NCBI RefSeq assembly: GCF_000150275.1
Contig: NW_002060961.1
Coordinates: 1,010,600-1,074,599, forward strand
Length of the DNA stretch: 64,000 nt
DNA from: Trichoplax adhaerens
Taxonomy: Eukaryota > Animalia > Placozoa
Direction of reading: 5' to 3'
Below the pieces are notes generated by a model that saw only the letters and a program-made list of their open reading frames with translations, was not told where the DNA came from and made no database searches. Position numbers and translations under genes: made by a program. Of this stretch, positions 51,001 to 63,035 are shown in pieces (the first letter of the stretch is position 1; every line of letters begins with the position of its first letter).

Positions 51001-52631
51001 TGCATAAATCCGTAATTAACGATGGATGCGCGTGCAGTTCAAACAGCAGTAACTTCCCGCGTAGAGTGATGTCCGTGCACGAGGTAGAGGAACTTCTTCA
51101 AGATTGTGGATTATTTCGAAGCGATCAAGATACGTGCAAGATGTTACAACATTTGCATGATCTAGGAGAAATATTGTATGTTAAGCCGGATTATGGCAAA
51201 GAATACATTATTACTCAAGTCGAATGGTTAGCGAAGATTTTCCAAGTTCTCTTTGCATCCGCTTTCGGCCAAAAAGCAGACGCTACGAGAAGATTCTCTT
51301 TCACCAGGATTACTAAAATTAAGACAGACGGTATAATGAAAGAAAGTCATATAACGAACGTATTAAGAGAGTTTAGTTTAGACGACAAAGAGAAAGAAGC
51401 AATATTACAGCTATTAGAAAATTACAATATCATATGTCCAAGAAATAATGCGAATGCCAATAACGAAAGTGTTGCAGCGGCTGGACGTGAGTACTTCGTA
51501 CCGATTATCATTACTCCAAATTTCAAATCGAAAATTGATATTGGCAGTCTAAATGATGCTGGATATCATGTATCAGAAAGCTTATATATCCAATTCGAGG
51601 ATAATTCGTATATTCCTGATGTGATATTCTATCCTTTCCTTATTTCTTGCTTGAGAAAGTGGAATAATCTGGAAGCAGAATTATTTTATAGAGGTGCTAA
51701 ACTATTTTTGGAGAATGATTTATACTACCTGCTTATTGTCAAGGAGAGATCCAAAATTAGTTTGCGGTATTTCTATAAGAAAAGTACTAATCTGTCTGAC
51801 GAACTGATTAAGAAATTAGTTTGGAAAAGTCGTCCACAAGAGCTTATTCAAGGCAGATTTTTCGATACTGCCAAGAAGTATATGCCAAAGTCCATGAATA
51901 GTAGTTTAGCAAATTATGTTAAATGTAGCGAATGTGGCCAATTCTTAAATTTGTTCAGTTTCACAGAAGATAGTCGTTGTAAAAAGTGTATTTATTGCGG
52001 TAAAACTGCAAAATCCATGGGTGATTGGATAAACCTGGGTAAGTTTGGGATAGACGAAGTGTAGTAAAATTACCATATACTTTATACTATGATAGTAATT
52101 TGCTCATAATTGTTGTCGGTACCATTTCTAGTTTAGGTTCAACTGAACAGGCTATACCTTTTAGCAACTACTATGATAGATTTATGCTTATTTGTGTCAT
52201 ATATTTATTCGTAGAAGCCTATAGAATAGAATTAAATAAAGTTATTGCTTTTACATCAAGTAAGATAATAATTTACGCTGTAATTATTGTTACTTACAGG
52301 GTCTACAGCTGATACAAGGCGCCATTTTTTCACCGTAGCTAAAGAAATTGGTATCGATTGGGAGAAGCTAGCGGGTGCACTAGGCATACATTGTAACGAG
52401 ACCTCAGTTATCGACGCCGAGAACAAAAATTATTATAATAAAGCAAATCAACTCTTGGAGAAATGGTATACGCAAAATTACTGCCTCAAAGCTACTTACA
52501 CTCTAGCATGTGCTCTAGATCATATTGAAAGACGCGATATTCTTGCAAAGCTCAAGTTCAATTCGTTGGAACTGTCTGATCTTAAAACTGCCGGAAGAAC
52601 CGATATTCTTGAGCGGCTAAATTGGCATTAG
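48073..52631 (+). CDS. Roco protein 2: TPR array - degenerate Roc - COR - Cys cluster - Death domain (~1299 aa)
   Basis: Exons 48073-49468, 49867-52038 and 52300-52631, with the same phase-1 intron layout as paralogue 1. P-loop GPSDSGKNF, G3 VWEFGS, G4-like VGFHND, COR VPIRW and LQHLHDLGEILY, Death EIGIDWEKLAGAL...LLEKWY. Start ATG 48073 assumed; the ORF track starts at a TTG. Confidence 0.86.
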
Positions 52632-53384
52632 CGTAGGCTACTTTGTGGTGAACCCTTCAACTAATTCATTAACGGCTTGTGTATTTATACATGAGTGTAT
52701 GCTAAATTTTAATAGATTAATTAAAATTTTTGTACTGAATATTTTGACACTGCATCATCTCCCAAAGTTCAGAAATCTAGGCAGTTTCTGAAATTTCGGT
52801 AAAAGTGATATCCCTTGGCCATAGATAGTATATATGCATCATTTGTGAACATCGATTGATAGGCAATCGTGTAACTTAGCATTTGGATTTTAACGATCGT
52901 ATTAAGATAATTGATTACATTATTAGCTCAGGAGATTGATGCACTTCTTTTCGATTAAATTTTGTTTCCGTTAGATCGTAGTGTGCAAATGTTTCTAAAA
53001 TCATGTACCTTTTGACGAAAAATGAAGAGTATTTGCTCTCTGGGCATTCTATTCTCTAGGCTATACATCGGTTGATCAACTTACGGATACAGTAGCTTGT
53101 TTCTTGTTATCTCATGATGATAGCTCTATGTCTTTTCAATTTATCTATTTATGCCAACTTACTATCTACCTGGTTTTTATTGAAACGATGACAATAAAAT
53201 AGATGATTTCCGGTAACCTATTCGCCATGGCGATATTGTACTTACTAATTATGAAACACTTAATGCTGATGTAGCTCGAACGCGATAAATATATTCTGTT
53301 ATACGCGTCTTTCAAGCCTGCTTGGGTCTACTTACGCGTATGTTGATCATCTACAGTACACTTGATTTTAGAGTCATTTATAGA

Positions 53385-53750
53385 TTAATTATTGACCAGA
53401 AATTTTCATCGATTAAAGGGACCGTAGAAAAAGAACATGGGAGACTCATAGACTATGCGAATGATGTGCGAGTAGATTCTAGATACATTGTTGTATATTG
53501 TGAGCATATTTTTAATTATTGACCTGAAATTTTCCTAGATTAAAGGGACTGTGGATAAAGAATTCGTAGGCTATGCGAATTACTGTATGTGCGAGTAGAT
53601 TCGAGATACATTGTTGTATAATGTGGGCATATTTTTAATTATTGACCAGGAATTTTCTTAGATTAAAGGGATTGTAGAAAAAGAATAGGTTATGCGAATT
53701 CTGTGCGAGTAGATTCTAGATCCATTGCTGTATACTGTAAACATATTAGC
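53385..53750. repeat. Tandem repeat ~125 bp x3
   Basis: ttaattattgacc...gattaaaggga...tatgcgaat...gtgcgagtagatt...attg recurs near 53385, 53512 and 53635. Confidence 0.85.
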
Positions 53751-55156
53751 TTACTCTTGTGAATTAATTAGAATGAAAGTATACGTATGTCCCTAAACAT
53801 GGCATGAAATCGTGCATAGAACACCAAGAGTTAATTTTATTAACTCTGCAATGTCAATCTAGCAATCGGTATTGACCTTGCGATGCCGGTGAGTCATGTC
53901 TCATGGGCATCCGTTTTTTTATTGATGTCGGCTACACAAAGATTCGTAACTATTTGAATACCCTGTTAACCGAAGGCAGGATTGCTTCCGTTCTCTTTCG
54001 TTGATCTTACCAATGGAACTGATTTTATCCTATTGGTTTCGACCACAAAGATAATCTACATTGCGTGTATTAAGAATAATATCAAGCCAAAGTAAGCAAT
54101 CTTGTATGAAGTTTATCTGACCGCCGCAGTAGTCTACAAACTTCAGCCCCCCAATAGTGGTTTGATCAGCAAACGATATAGAATTTTGATCCTTGTCTTA
54201 TGAATTAGTCATTGACGATAACTTCTAATCCTCTATTTCAGATTGATCGATGATATTGTCGAGAAGAAAGGGCGAAATCTTCAATCGTAGCCATAAGAGA
54301 AAAATAATTCTTTTTATCTCCATGTCTTCAATCCACTTACTGTATGTCTAGTATCAGTCTGTTACTACCGTAATGCAAATCGATGACTAAATAACGCCAC
54401 CCCGTGCTGTGCAAAGCACAATATTACAAGTAGAAAAAGCCAATAGTCATTTTATCGTTCTTCCGGCCGTTCGACCAAAATCATCTTAACCCGTCGTCCT
54501 CGTCTTACGCTATACCATCAACGCAAAGGCTGTCTATGACTGTCTATAGCATAGAGATATAAGAAACAACTTTCTATCTCGATGGTCTGTCGTTTAGAGT
54601 CCTTAATAGGGTGAAAATATAACCCGAACCTAATAAATCCAGATCCGATTGTTGATTTTCGAAGTTGCAATCGCTAGACACTGGATGGCCATGGAAATTT
54701 TCAACCCGAATCCCTCCCTCGAGTCGGGTTCAAGTCGCGTTTCGGCTTGATATTTATATAGACTGTACCGTAATAGGGATACTGCTCTAGTTTGTCGCTG
54801 GATTTTGACTGGGGAATGCTGTCATGCAGTAGCATTTGGAGATTGTCCGTCCGGTGCAATGTCCACTAACGTCTAGCCACCGTACACCATAAAGTACTGG
54901 ATCATGACTGTATAATGTACTGTACAGTATCGAGAAGTGTCAAGCCAAGCCATAGAGATCCCTTTTCCCTTCTGGTCCAAATGGTCCCAAATTATTTGGG
55001 TGGCTACTACAGTGTACAGTGTACAGTGTAAACTGCACAGTACTGTAAAATATCGGTGACAAAGGAGCGATTGTGTGGCTAGTCGTGGTTGTGCTAGCGC
55101 CGGTTGTCCATCGTCGTCGGGTCGAGGGAGTTGGCGGCTTCTAATTGGGAAATAAC

Positions 55157-56509
55157 ATGCAAGTGATTATATTTCGTAATCGATTCTACGCGTTTATTGC
55201 CATCATTTTCATTCTGGTTATAGCCTTTCTTTCGTTATCTAACTATACCAAACCTCGCAGCCAATATAGTAATGTTATTAAACTAAGTAAGGATACAGCT
55301 ATGAAAGGATCGATTATGAAGAAGTCAAGAGGTGAAATGGAAGGCAATCTCAAGAGCAACGATGACAACCATGCAGACAGTGGGAATAGTAATAAACTAG
55401 TGGCAGCCAATCGAACGATTCATAATCCTGCTGTCTCTTATGATGTCCATATCTTTTACTATGCTTGGTATGGAAATCCTGAAAATGATGCAAAGTATAT
55501 CCATTGGAATCATCAGTATCTTAAGCATTGGGAGTCTGCTGTAGCTGAGCGATACAAGAAATATTCAGGCCGTCATGCTCCACCAGATGATATTGGAGCT
55601 AATTTTTATCCTTTTTTAGGTCCGTATAGCTCTTGGAATAAAACCATCATTCAAGATCATATGAAACAGATCCAACTTGCAGGAGCAGGAGTCGTCGTTC
55701 TTTCATGGTATCCTCCTGGAAAATCCGATCCGGAAGGAAAACCAAGCGATTCCGCTGTTTTACCCCTTTTGTTAGCTGCTGACGAGCACAATCTGAAGAT
55801 TACTTTTCATATCGAGCCCTACAAGGATCGGACACCTGATTCTGTACGAAACGATATCAAGTACATTATTGATACATACGGCCATTACCCATCCTTCTAT
55901 AAGCGTAAATGGAAAGGACAACAACTACCACTAATCTATGTATACGATTCTTATCATATCAAGCCAAAAGCCTGGAAAGAAGTTCTGACCCGCGAAGGCA
56001 CCAATACCATTCGTGGAACTAAATATGACGCGATTGTAATCGCCTTGTTAGTAGATGAACATCATAAATCATTTATAACGACTGGAGGCTTTGACGGCTT
56101 TTATACTTACTTTGCCGCAGATGGTTTTACATATGGATCAAGAAAGGAAAACTGGAAAAATCTCAAGCAATTTTCTCTAGAATCATCATCCATTTTTATT
56201 CCTAGTGTTGGACCGGGTTATATTGATACTCGAGTCCGACCATGGAATAGTCAAAATACACGTAACCGTTTAAATGGGGATTACTATGATAAAGGAATGA
56301 ACCATGCACTTGAAATTAACCCAAGTATAATATCAATAACTTCATTTAATGAATGGCATGAAGGAACACAAATAGAAAAGGCTGTCCACAAAGAATATTT
56401 AGATTTTAAATATCTCGATTATAGCCCTCAGGAGCCTGATTTTTACTTAAAGTTAACGCGAAAATGGGTACATAAATTTATGAGAAGGAAAAGAGTACAA
56501 TCATTGTAG
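55157..56509 (+). CDS. MANEA: Glycoprotein endo-alpha-1,2-mannosidase (GH99), type II membrane protein, single coding exon
   Basis: N-terminal TM segment (FYAFIAIIFILVIAFLSL), then HIFYYAWYGNP, PPDDIGANFYP, FHIEPY, FDGFYTYFA, SVGPGYIDTRVRPWN and the catalytic ISITSFNEWHEGTQIE. First ATG at 55157. Confidence 0.95.
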   Translation: MQVIIFRNRFYAFIAIIFILVIAFLSLSNYTKPRSQYSNVIKLSKDTAMKGSIMKKSRGEMEGNLKSNDDNHADSGNSNKLVAANRTIHNPAVSYDVHIFYYAWYGNPENDAKYIHWNHQYLKHWESAVAERYKKYSGRHAPPDDIGANFYPFLGPYSSWNKTIIQDHMKQIQLAGAGVVVLSWYPPGKSDPEGKPSDSAVLPLLLAADEHNLKITFHIEPYKDRTPDSVRNDIKYIIDTYGHYPSFYKRKWKGQQLPLIYVYDSYHIKPKAWKEVLTREGTNTIRGTKYDAIVIALLVDEHHKSFITTGGFDGFYTYFAADGFTYGSRKENWKNLKQFSLESSSIFIPSVGPGYIDTRVRPWNSQNTRNRLNGDYYDKGMNHALEINPSIISITSFNEWHEGTQIEKAVHKEYLDFKYLDYSPQEPDFYLKLTRKWVHKFMRRKRVQSL

Positions 56510-58595
56510 GTTGCATCTATAGTGAATAAGAAGTAGATGCAGGTTATTGTACCTGTCATAGAAATGCGATCTTGACGACCTTTTGGATATGGTTGACTGT
56601 AAAATACGTACAGGATTGCAGATTAATAATTATGAATGTGTCATCTGCGATGTGTATAACAGTAAGATGGGTATGTCTGTACTCATATACAGCAATCATT
56701 GATATGCTCGTCTTGAGAAATACAGTATCTTAAGCATTTCTTTTTGAAATGCAGTTTACACTCTGTACAATATCAATGTAGATTGTAGATTCTGTGGTGT
56801 ATGCGACGATGGGGATATTTAGTAATATACTCGTAGCTATTTTATTGGTAAGAAGAGCAATAATCGACTTTTGCGTGTTTCTCATATAATAGAATTACAA
56901 TCTTTCAAGACATCCCTCAGCAGTTTCTACATTAAAATAAAAATCTAGATTGTAGATTATGCACTAAAAGTAACTATTATTAAAATGTTGGAATAGGCGA
57001 ACGTTTTTGTAAGTTAGTGAAGCAGTCGTCGCGGAACATATTTCGAAATTAGTGGTATTTCTTGAAATTGTACAATATACTCGTGCTTCCAGACGAGCTA
57101 CACTTTTATTTTATACTTTGACAATTTCTATTTTAGAAATAAATTGCTATAACAATTTCAAAATTTGTACACAACGGTGTCTACTTGAGTGCCTAACAAT
57201 TCAGTTTTTATAAACATGGTACGAGCAATCGCCAATTCCTTATTGGTACTTCATCTACAACCATTCAATTATGTTACTGCATCAACATTTGGTATCTTTG
57301 CGATGATTTCATATCTAATAACACGATATGTTACGGGCAATGTTTTCAATCGCGCGATGTATTACAAAACTTGGCCATCACAGGCATTAACAGCATATTT
57401 CACGATCAATATGATTCATTTAATCATGATCACAAGGTAAAGTGACCAGGGCAGATTTAGAATTCTTCATTAGGATAAGTAAGCGATCATCAATCACACG
57501 CTAACTAGTACAAATATCAGAGCTCAAATAGCGGTTATTGCTTTCAAAATTTAAAGCTTGTTTTTGAGTGTCACCTTTCCTATCCTCTTTCCTGGGTCAT
57601 TAACCGCTGTTAAATAAATAGCTTCGCACCTACTTCACTTTATCTAAACTTTAATGTAACTTGACAGCTTTCGATAAGATAGATTTACTGTATGTAGTTT
57701 TTAAATTTGACCATAAATGATATGAACTAACGCTTATACCTTCTAGCTAAAGCTATAGTTTTCTGTTACAGACCATCTTTTAATAAGTGATTATTCTTAA
57801 ATCCCTACTCAATCCTTAACTATACAATTCTCGAATTACAAGATTGATTTCAAAGGCGTCGTGATCGTTGATGTACGATTCAGGATAATGAAGCGATTCA
57901 AAATTATCTTAGTCGCAAAAGCGTGACCAACTTTTCTTCCTAAGCATCAAGGCTCCAAAAACAAGTAAAAATAATTACGATTTTTATATTGTATAATCGG
58001 TTAATTTCAGTGATTTTATCCAATGTGAAGAGGATCACAAATTGTTATACGACCCAAAGCAACGAATCGAGATACATTGCGTAAAAGTATCTAGACTATC
58101 AAAAGATGAATAAATTTCATAAGACTGAAAACTGTTCGATATAGGTTACAAAGTGTTCCTATCCTGCACTGGTAATAATCGTCCAAATACTATTGTTAAG
58201 TTCAAAGCTAAGGAATAAGCGAATAGCATATCGAAATTGTAATTTATCTACGCTACTAGACTATCCTTTCAACTGTACCGACATTAGCTACAAGATTCTT
58301 TCATATTTATAGCAGGCGAAATTACAGCGTTTCAGGACAATACTATACAATCCTTCATTAAAGTTGTAATAGACTGTAGTACCAATAACATTACCTCCCG
58401 CGCAATTAACGGGACCAGCTTAATATATGATTATCGTGACACTAATATAGAACAAATACTTAAAAACTATTTTTAAGTTAATTAAATAGCAATAATATCA
58501 TAATCGGTATTTGAAATTCAATACGGCATTAATCCATTCTCCATTCCAATTTTAAGGCTAAACCTTATCTTCCATATTCAAAGCGGTAGCAATTT

Positions 58596-60887
58596 TTATA
58601 TCTAGATAGTATCCAATTAGTAACGTCAAGAAAATGAGTCGCAGGTAGTGATGAGCACATGTAGTCATACACCAGCACATCCAGTAAAGAAGTGCTTTCC
58701 AAAACTGACCATCATAGTCAATTTCATATTAGAAATACTGCTCAATCAACATTGCTACGCGTATGGTAAATATCGACAACTTACATCATCAATTTCATCA
58801 TCTTCTTGATCAATATCGAAAGTGATATCGTCTTCTTCTTCGTTTTCCATTGTTCCTGTATCAGCAATTTTAGCTGCAAACGATTGAATACATTGGTTGT
58901 CAATTCAAGCGCAATGATACATCATAATGAAAAGATTGATGAATGTACCATTTTCAGGCAATTCTCCATACGCTTTTAGATTTCTTGCTTCATCGGCCGT
59001 ATATTTCAGAATAACATCAGCTTTAGCATCCTAATTGGATAATTGGATCAATCTGTTCAGTCATCATTGTGAACAACGATAATAATAATACAGAATGTTT
59101 ACAGTAGCGTTAGCTAATAAATCATGCCAGTCATGTGTGATCACTTAAGAGCACATTTTCAAAACAGGAATCCACTTACAAATCATTTCAATGACACTAA
59201 ATGCATCATTGACTTTATCTCAAAGCGTTAAGATAGATGAAAATAAAGCAGCTGGGAATAATTATGAATTCAATCGATTGAGATATGTAGGTAGTACGCA
59301 CCTGGTAGTCTCTTAACCCAAGAAGTATAATATCACCTTGATTAATCCATACCTGCAATTTGAAATGAGAGTTTTAAGAGTTAGCATTTACTGGCATTTA
59401 GGCCAAAACTATTTCATGTCTTCAACTGATTATTCTCCAATTGAGGTAGGTCAAACTATTTTATGTCTTGTATGAGCTATTCTCAAATTGACGTCGGTCA
59501 AACTATTTCATGTCTTGTACTGGTTCTCTCCCAATTGACGTAGGTCAAACTATTTCATTTCATTTGTACTGGCTATTCTTAAATTGACGTAGGTCAAGCT
59601 ATTTCATGTTTTGTACTGGTTATTTTCCAATTGAGGTAGGTTAAACTATTTTATGTCTTGTACTGGCTATTCTCAAATTGACTTCGGTCAAACTATTTCA
59701 TTTCTTGTACTGGCTATTCTCCAATTGAGGTAGGTCAAACTATTTCATTTCATTTGTACTGGCTATTCTCAAATTGATGTAGGTAAAGCTATTATATGTC
59801 TTGTACTGGTTCTTTTCCAATTGACGTAGGTCAAACTATTTCATTTCATTTGTACTGGCTATTCTCAAATTGACGTCGAACAGTTGTTGTCGAATTGATT
59901 TTAGCTACAGAAATGATCAGTAAGCAAAGCTTGAATTGAGGCACTACTGTAACATAAGAAGATTGACAATCTTTCAAGTCATACACTGATCAACTAGTAT
60001 TTTGATGCCAATTTGGATAGACAAGAGCATTGTCTTGTATCAGCACACCTTGAATGATGTATTTTGCAGTGGAAGATTCGTTATGGACATTTGTTACGGT
60101 GTGTGGTATTGGAGGTTATCATCAAAGTAATTTTCAACTCAAATATACTGTGGGTAAAATGAGGGTCAATTACCGAGGACAAAGATGACATGGAAGAAGT
60201 GGCACTGCATGTTTACAAACTATTCCATAAAGGTAGGAAAACGAACATGGCCGTGATGTGGGAATGATTGCTTTGGTGCATTCTACTTGTATGTGAACAA
60301 ACAGAATCACTTAGATAGCCTACTGATTGCTATTGCGGCGAACAATTGATGACACTGTATGGGAAGAATATGAAAATGAATTTCCAGCACGTATGTGTGT
60401 ATTTTCAATTGTATTTGTAGCCAGTAAACGATACCTTTTTACGTAACTTTCCACGTATATGGCATAACCGTTTGGTTCCATCAAAGCAAAACGCTTCCAA
60501 TCTGCCATTGCCTAACATCTTAATGACTTGAGCGTATTCTGAAAGTGGTTTATCTCATTAGTATGGCATGAAGTCAAGAGGAATGTGTAGAACAAGGAAA
60601 GGCATATCATACTATCATCATGCTTCTGTACAAATAAGAGCTAAAATGGATATAAAAACCTTGTCCATCTTCTTTAAAAATCAGTTCACGCTTCTCGGAT
60701 TCATTTTCATTCTTACCACGGCGGCGATTTTTACCTCCCTTACCTAGACACGAGTATTGGCAATTTTAGACGCTATCGTCATTCTCTCCATGCTATCCTC
60801 TACAATCAAGTAGTCAATCATGATCGTTGCACACTTGTCTCTTGTGCATCGCTAAAAACGCTAATAAATACCTTTATTTTTGGGCAT
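58596..60887 (-). CDS. EIF1A: Eukaryotic translation initiation factor 1A (143 aa)
   Basis: Exons 60887-60872, 60743-60660, 60538-60435, 59352-59302, 59030-58949, 58873-58785 and 58601-58596. Translation [112 protein letters not shown]...IDDI*. Confidence 0.97.
59401..59877. repeat. Minisatellite, 47/49 bp unit x10, in eIF1A intron 3
   Basis: ggtcaaactatttcatgtcttgtactggctattctcaaattgacgta; units start at 59401, 59449, 59496, 59543, 59592, 59639, 59686, 59733, 59782 and 59829. Confidence 0.95.
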
Positions 60888-61699
60888 GTTGGTCTTGACA
60901 GTAATCGATTACTGAATAATAAGGAAATGAAAGAATCAAAGAGTCGCAAGATACAAGGCCAATGGAATAGAGATCAACGATGGACTAATGTTGAAGTGAT
61001 TTCTGATGGCTAATTACCGTCTTGACTCGCTTGGCTGAGTGTTGATGAACACGAGACAGTGGTGTAGAGTACGGCAGTAATCTTTTCTGGCTACAGTCCA
61101 TTGTACTGTAGTTTACAGTACAGTACAGTACTGGACAATACTGTAGTGTACTGTACTGCTCATACACACTGTACTCTGTCATACTGTACTGTGCTGTACT
61201 GTACAGGAAAGGACGACCAATACTGTCCCACTGTGTACTGTAGTTCATGAGCTTCATTCAATAAATTGATGGATTATGCTGTACAGTGTGCAGTACTGTA
61301 CAATTCCATTCTACTAGGTAAAATAAGCAATTCTTGACACAGTCATTTCTCCATGACTGTAAGTTGAAGTAAAAAGATCTCAATCGTTGAATACTAACTC
61401 TATACAGTAGACTCCACTGACAAAGTGAGTCACAATACTCGCCATGACGGCGTAGTATACGCATGGTCTGGGAGCCAAGACTGCGCGTGCTCAATCCAGG
61501 GACGATAGTACCGTCCAGTTCTTGCTCCACTTTGGATACTATAACTTAGCACTGTACAGACACAGTACTGTACACTGTACAGTACAGTAGTGGATTTCTC
61601 TTACTACAGTAGAACTTTTGACAGTTTACAGTACATGTACCGTATCTCATTCATTGAATTAGCATTGTACTCTACAGTACAGTACCGTCACTACATACA

Positions 61700-62900
61700 G
61701 TACAGTACAGTACAGTACTTTACTGTACTACATTACTATACACTGTAGAGGATGATGCAGCAAGCTGTATCATGACCAAGTCTAGCTACTATACTGTACG
61801 GTGTAGGCATACTTAGAACAGTTACGGTACCCTAGCGTACAGTACCGTATATACTATACAGTACTGTACACTGTACAGTAGGATACCAACATGACACTAC
61901 CGTGGATTACTGTAGTGTACAGTGTACAGTGTACAGTGTACAGTGCGTAGTAGTACTGTACTCAAAGCTATTTTTAGTACAGTACGCCCTGTCGTACAGT
62001 ACACTGTACTGTACCGTAGCCTACGAAACTTCATACTGTACACTGTACAGGACAGTACCATAGAGGATGATGCAGCAAGCTGTATCATGACCAAGTCTAG
62101 CTATTATACTGTACTGTACAGTACTGTACGGTGTAGACATACAGTACTTAGAACAGTCACGGTACCCTAGCGTACAGTGTACAGTGTGTAGTAGTACTGT
62201 AATCAAAGCTATTTTTAGTACAGTGTACTGTACTGTACAACTGTACTGTACTGTACCGTAGCCTACGAAACTTCATACTGTACACTGTACAGGACAGTAC
62301 CATACAGGATGATGCAGCAAGCTGTATCATGACCAAGTCTAGCTATTATACTGTACTGTACAGTACTGTACGGTGTAGACATACAGTACTTAGAACAGTC
62401 ACGGTACCCTAGCGTACAGTGTACAGTGCGTAGTAGTACTGTAATCAAAGCTATTTTTAGTACAGTGTACTGTACTGTACTGTACTGTACTGTACTGTAT
62501 GTACTGTACCGTAGCCTACGAAACTTCATACTGTACACTGTACAGGACAGTACCATACAGGATGATGCAGCAAGCTGTATCATGACCAAGTCTAGCTATT
62601 ATACTGTACTGTACAGTACTGTACGGTGTAGACATACAGTACTTAGAACAGTCATGGTACCCTAGCGTACAGTACTGTACAGTATTGTACTGTACAGTAC
62701 TGTACAGTGTACAGTACAGTGTACAGTGCGTAGTAGTACTGTAATCAAAGCTATTTTTAGTACAGTGTACAGTACTGTACTGTACTGTACCGTAGCCTAC
62801 GAAACTTCATACTGTACACTGTACAGGACAGTACCATACAGGATGATGCAGCAAGCTGTATCATGACCAAGTCTAGCTGCTATACTGTACGGTGTAGGCG
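61700..62900. repeat. Composite tandem repeat (~240-315 bp, ~5 copies) with embedded (TACAG/TACTG)n and (CAGTGTA)n microsatellites
   Basis: Core gatgatgcagcaagctgtatcatgaccaagtctagct near 61751, 62066, 62308, 62561 and 62843. Unit length varies largely with microsatellite copy number. Confidence 0.92.
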
Positions 62901-63035
62901 TTCAACACCCCACCGTACGGTAGTCAGAATTGTGTTGATGTCGCTGAAAGTGTTTCGTCATCATGTAGCTTCAATCACAACAAATCGAATCCTGGCAACC
63001 GGCCGCGATAGGCTACAGCAGCAGCTTGAATGGTG

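Noticed and set aside
53980-54290. Possible two-exon fragment on + (...KNNIKPK / LIDDIVEKKGRNLQS*)
   Set aside because: No start or upstream exon and no recognisable protein; consistent with chance splice-like signals.
59401-59877. CRISPR-like array of ~47-bp repeats
   Set aside because: Units are contiguous with no unique spacers, there are no cas genes, and it lies in a spliceosomal intron; it is a minisatellite.
61897-62665. Several overlapping ORFs rich in TVLY/STVQY
   Set aside because: Translations of the TACAG microsatellite repeat, with no protein signature.
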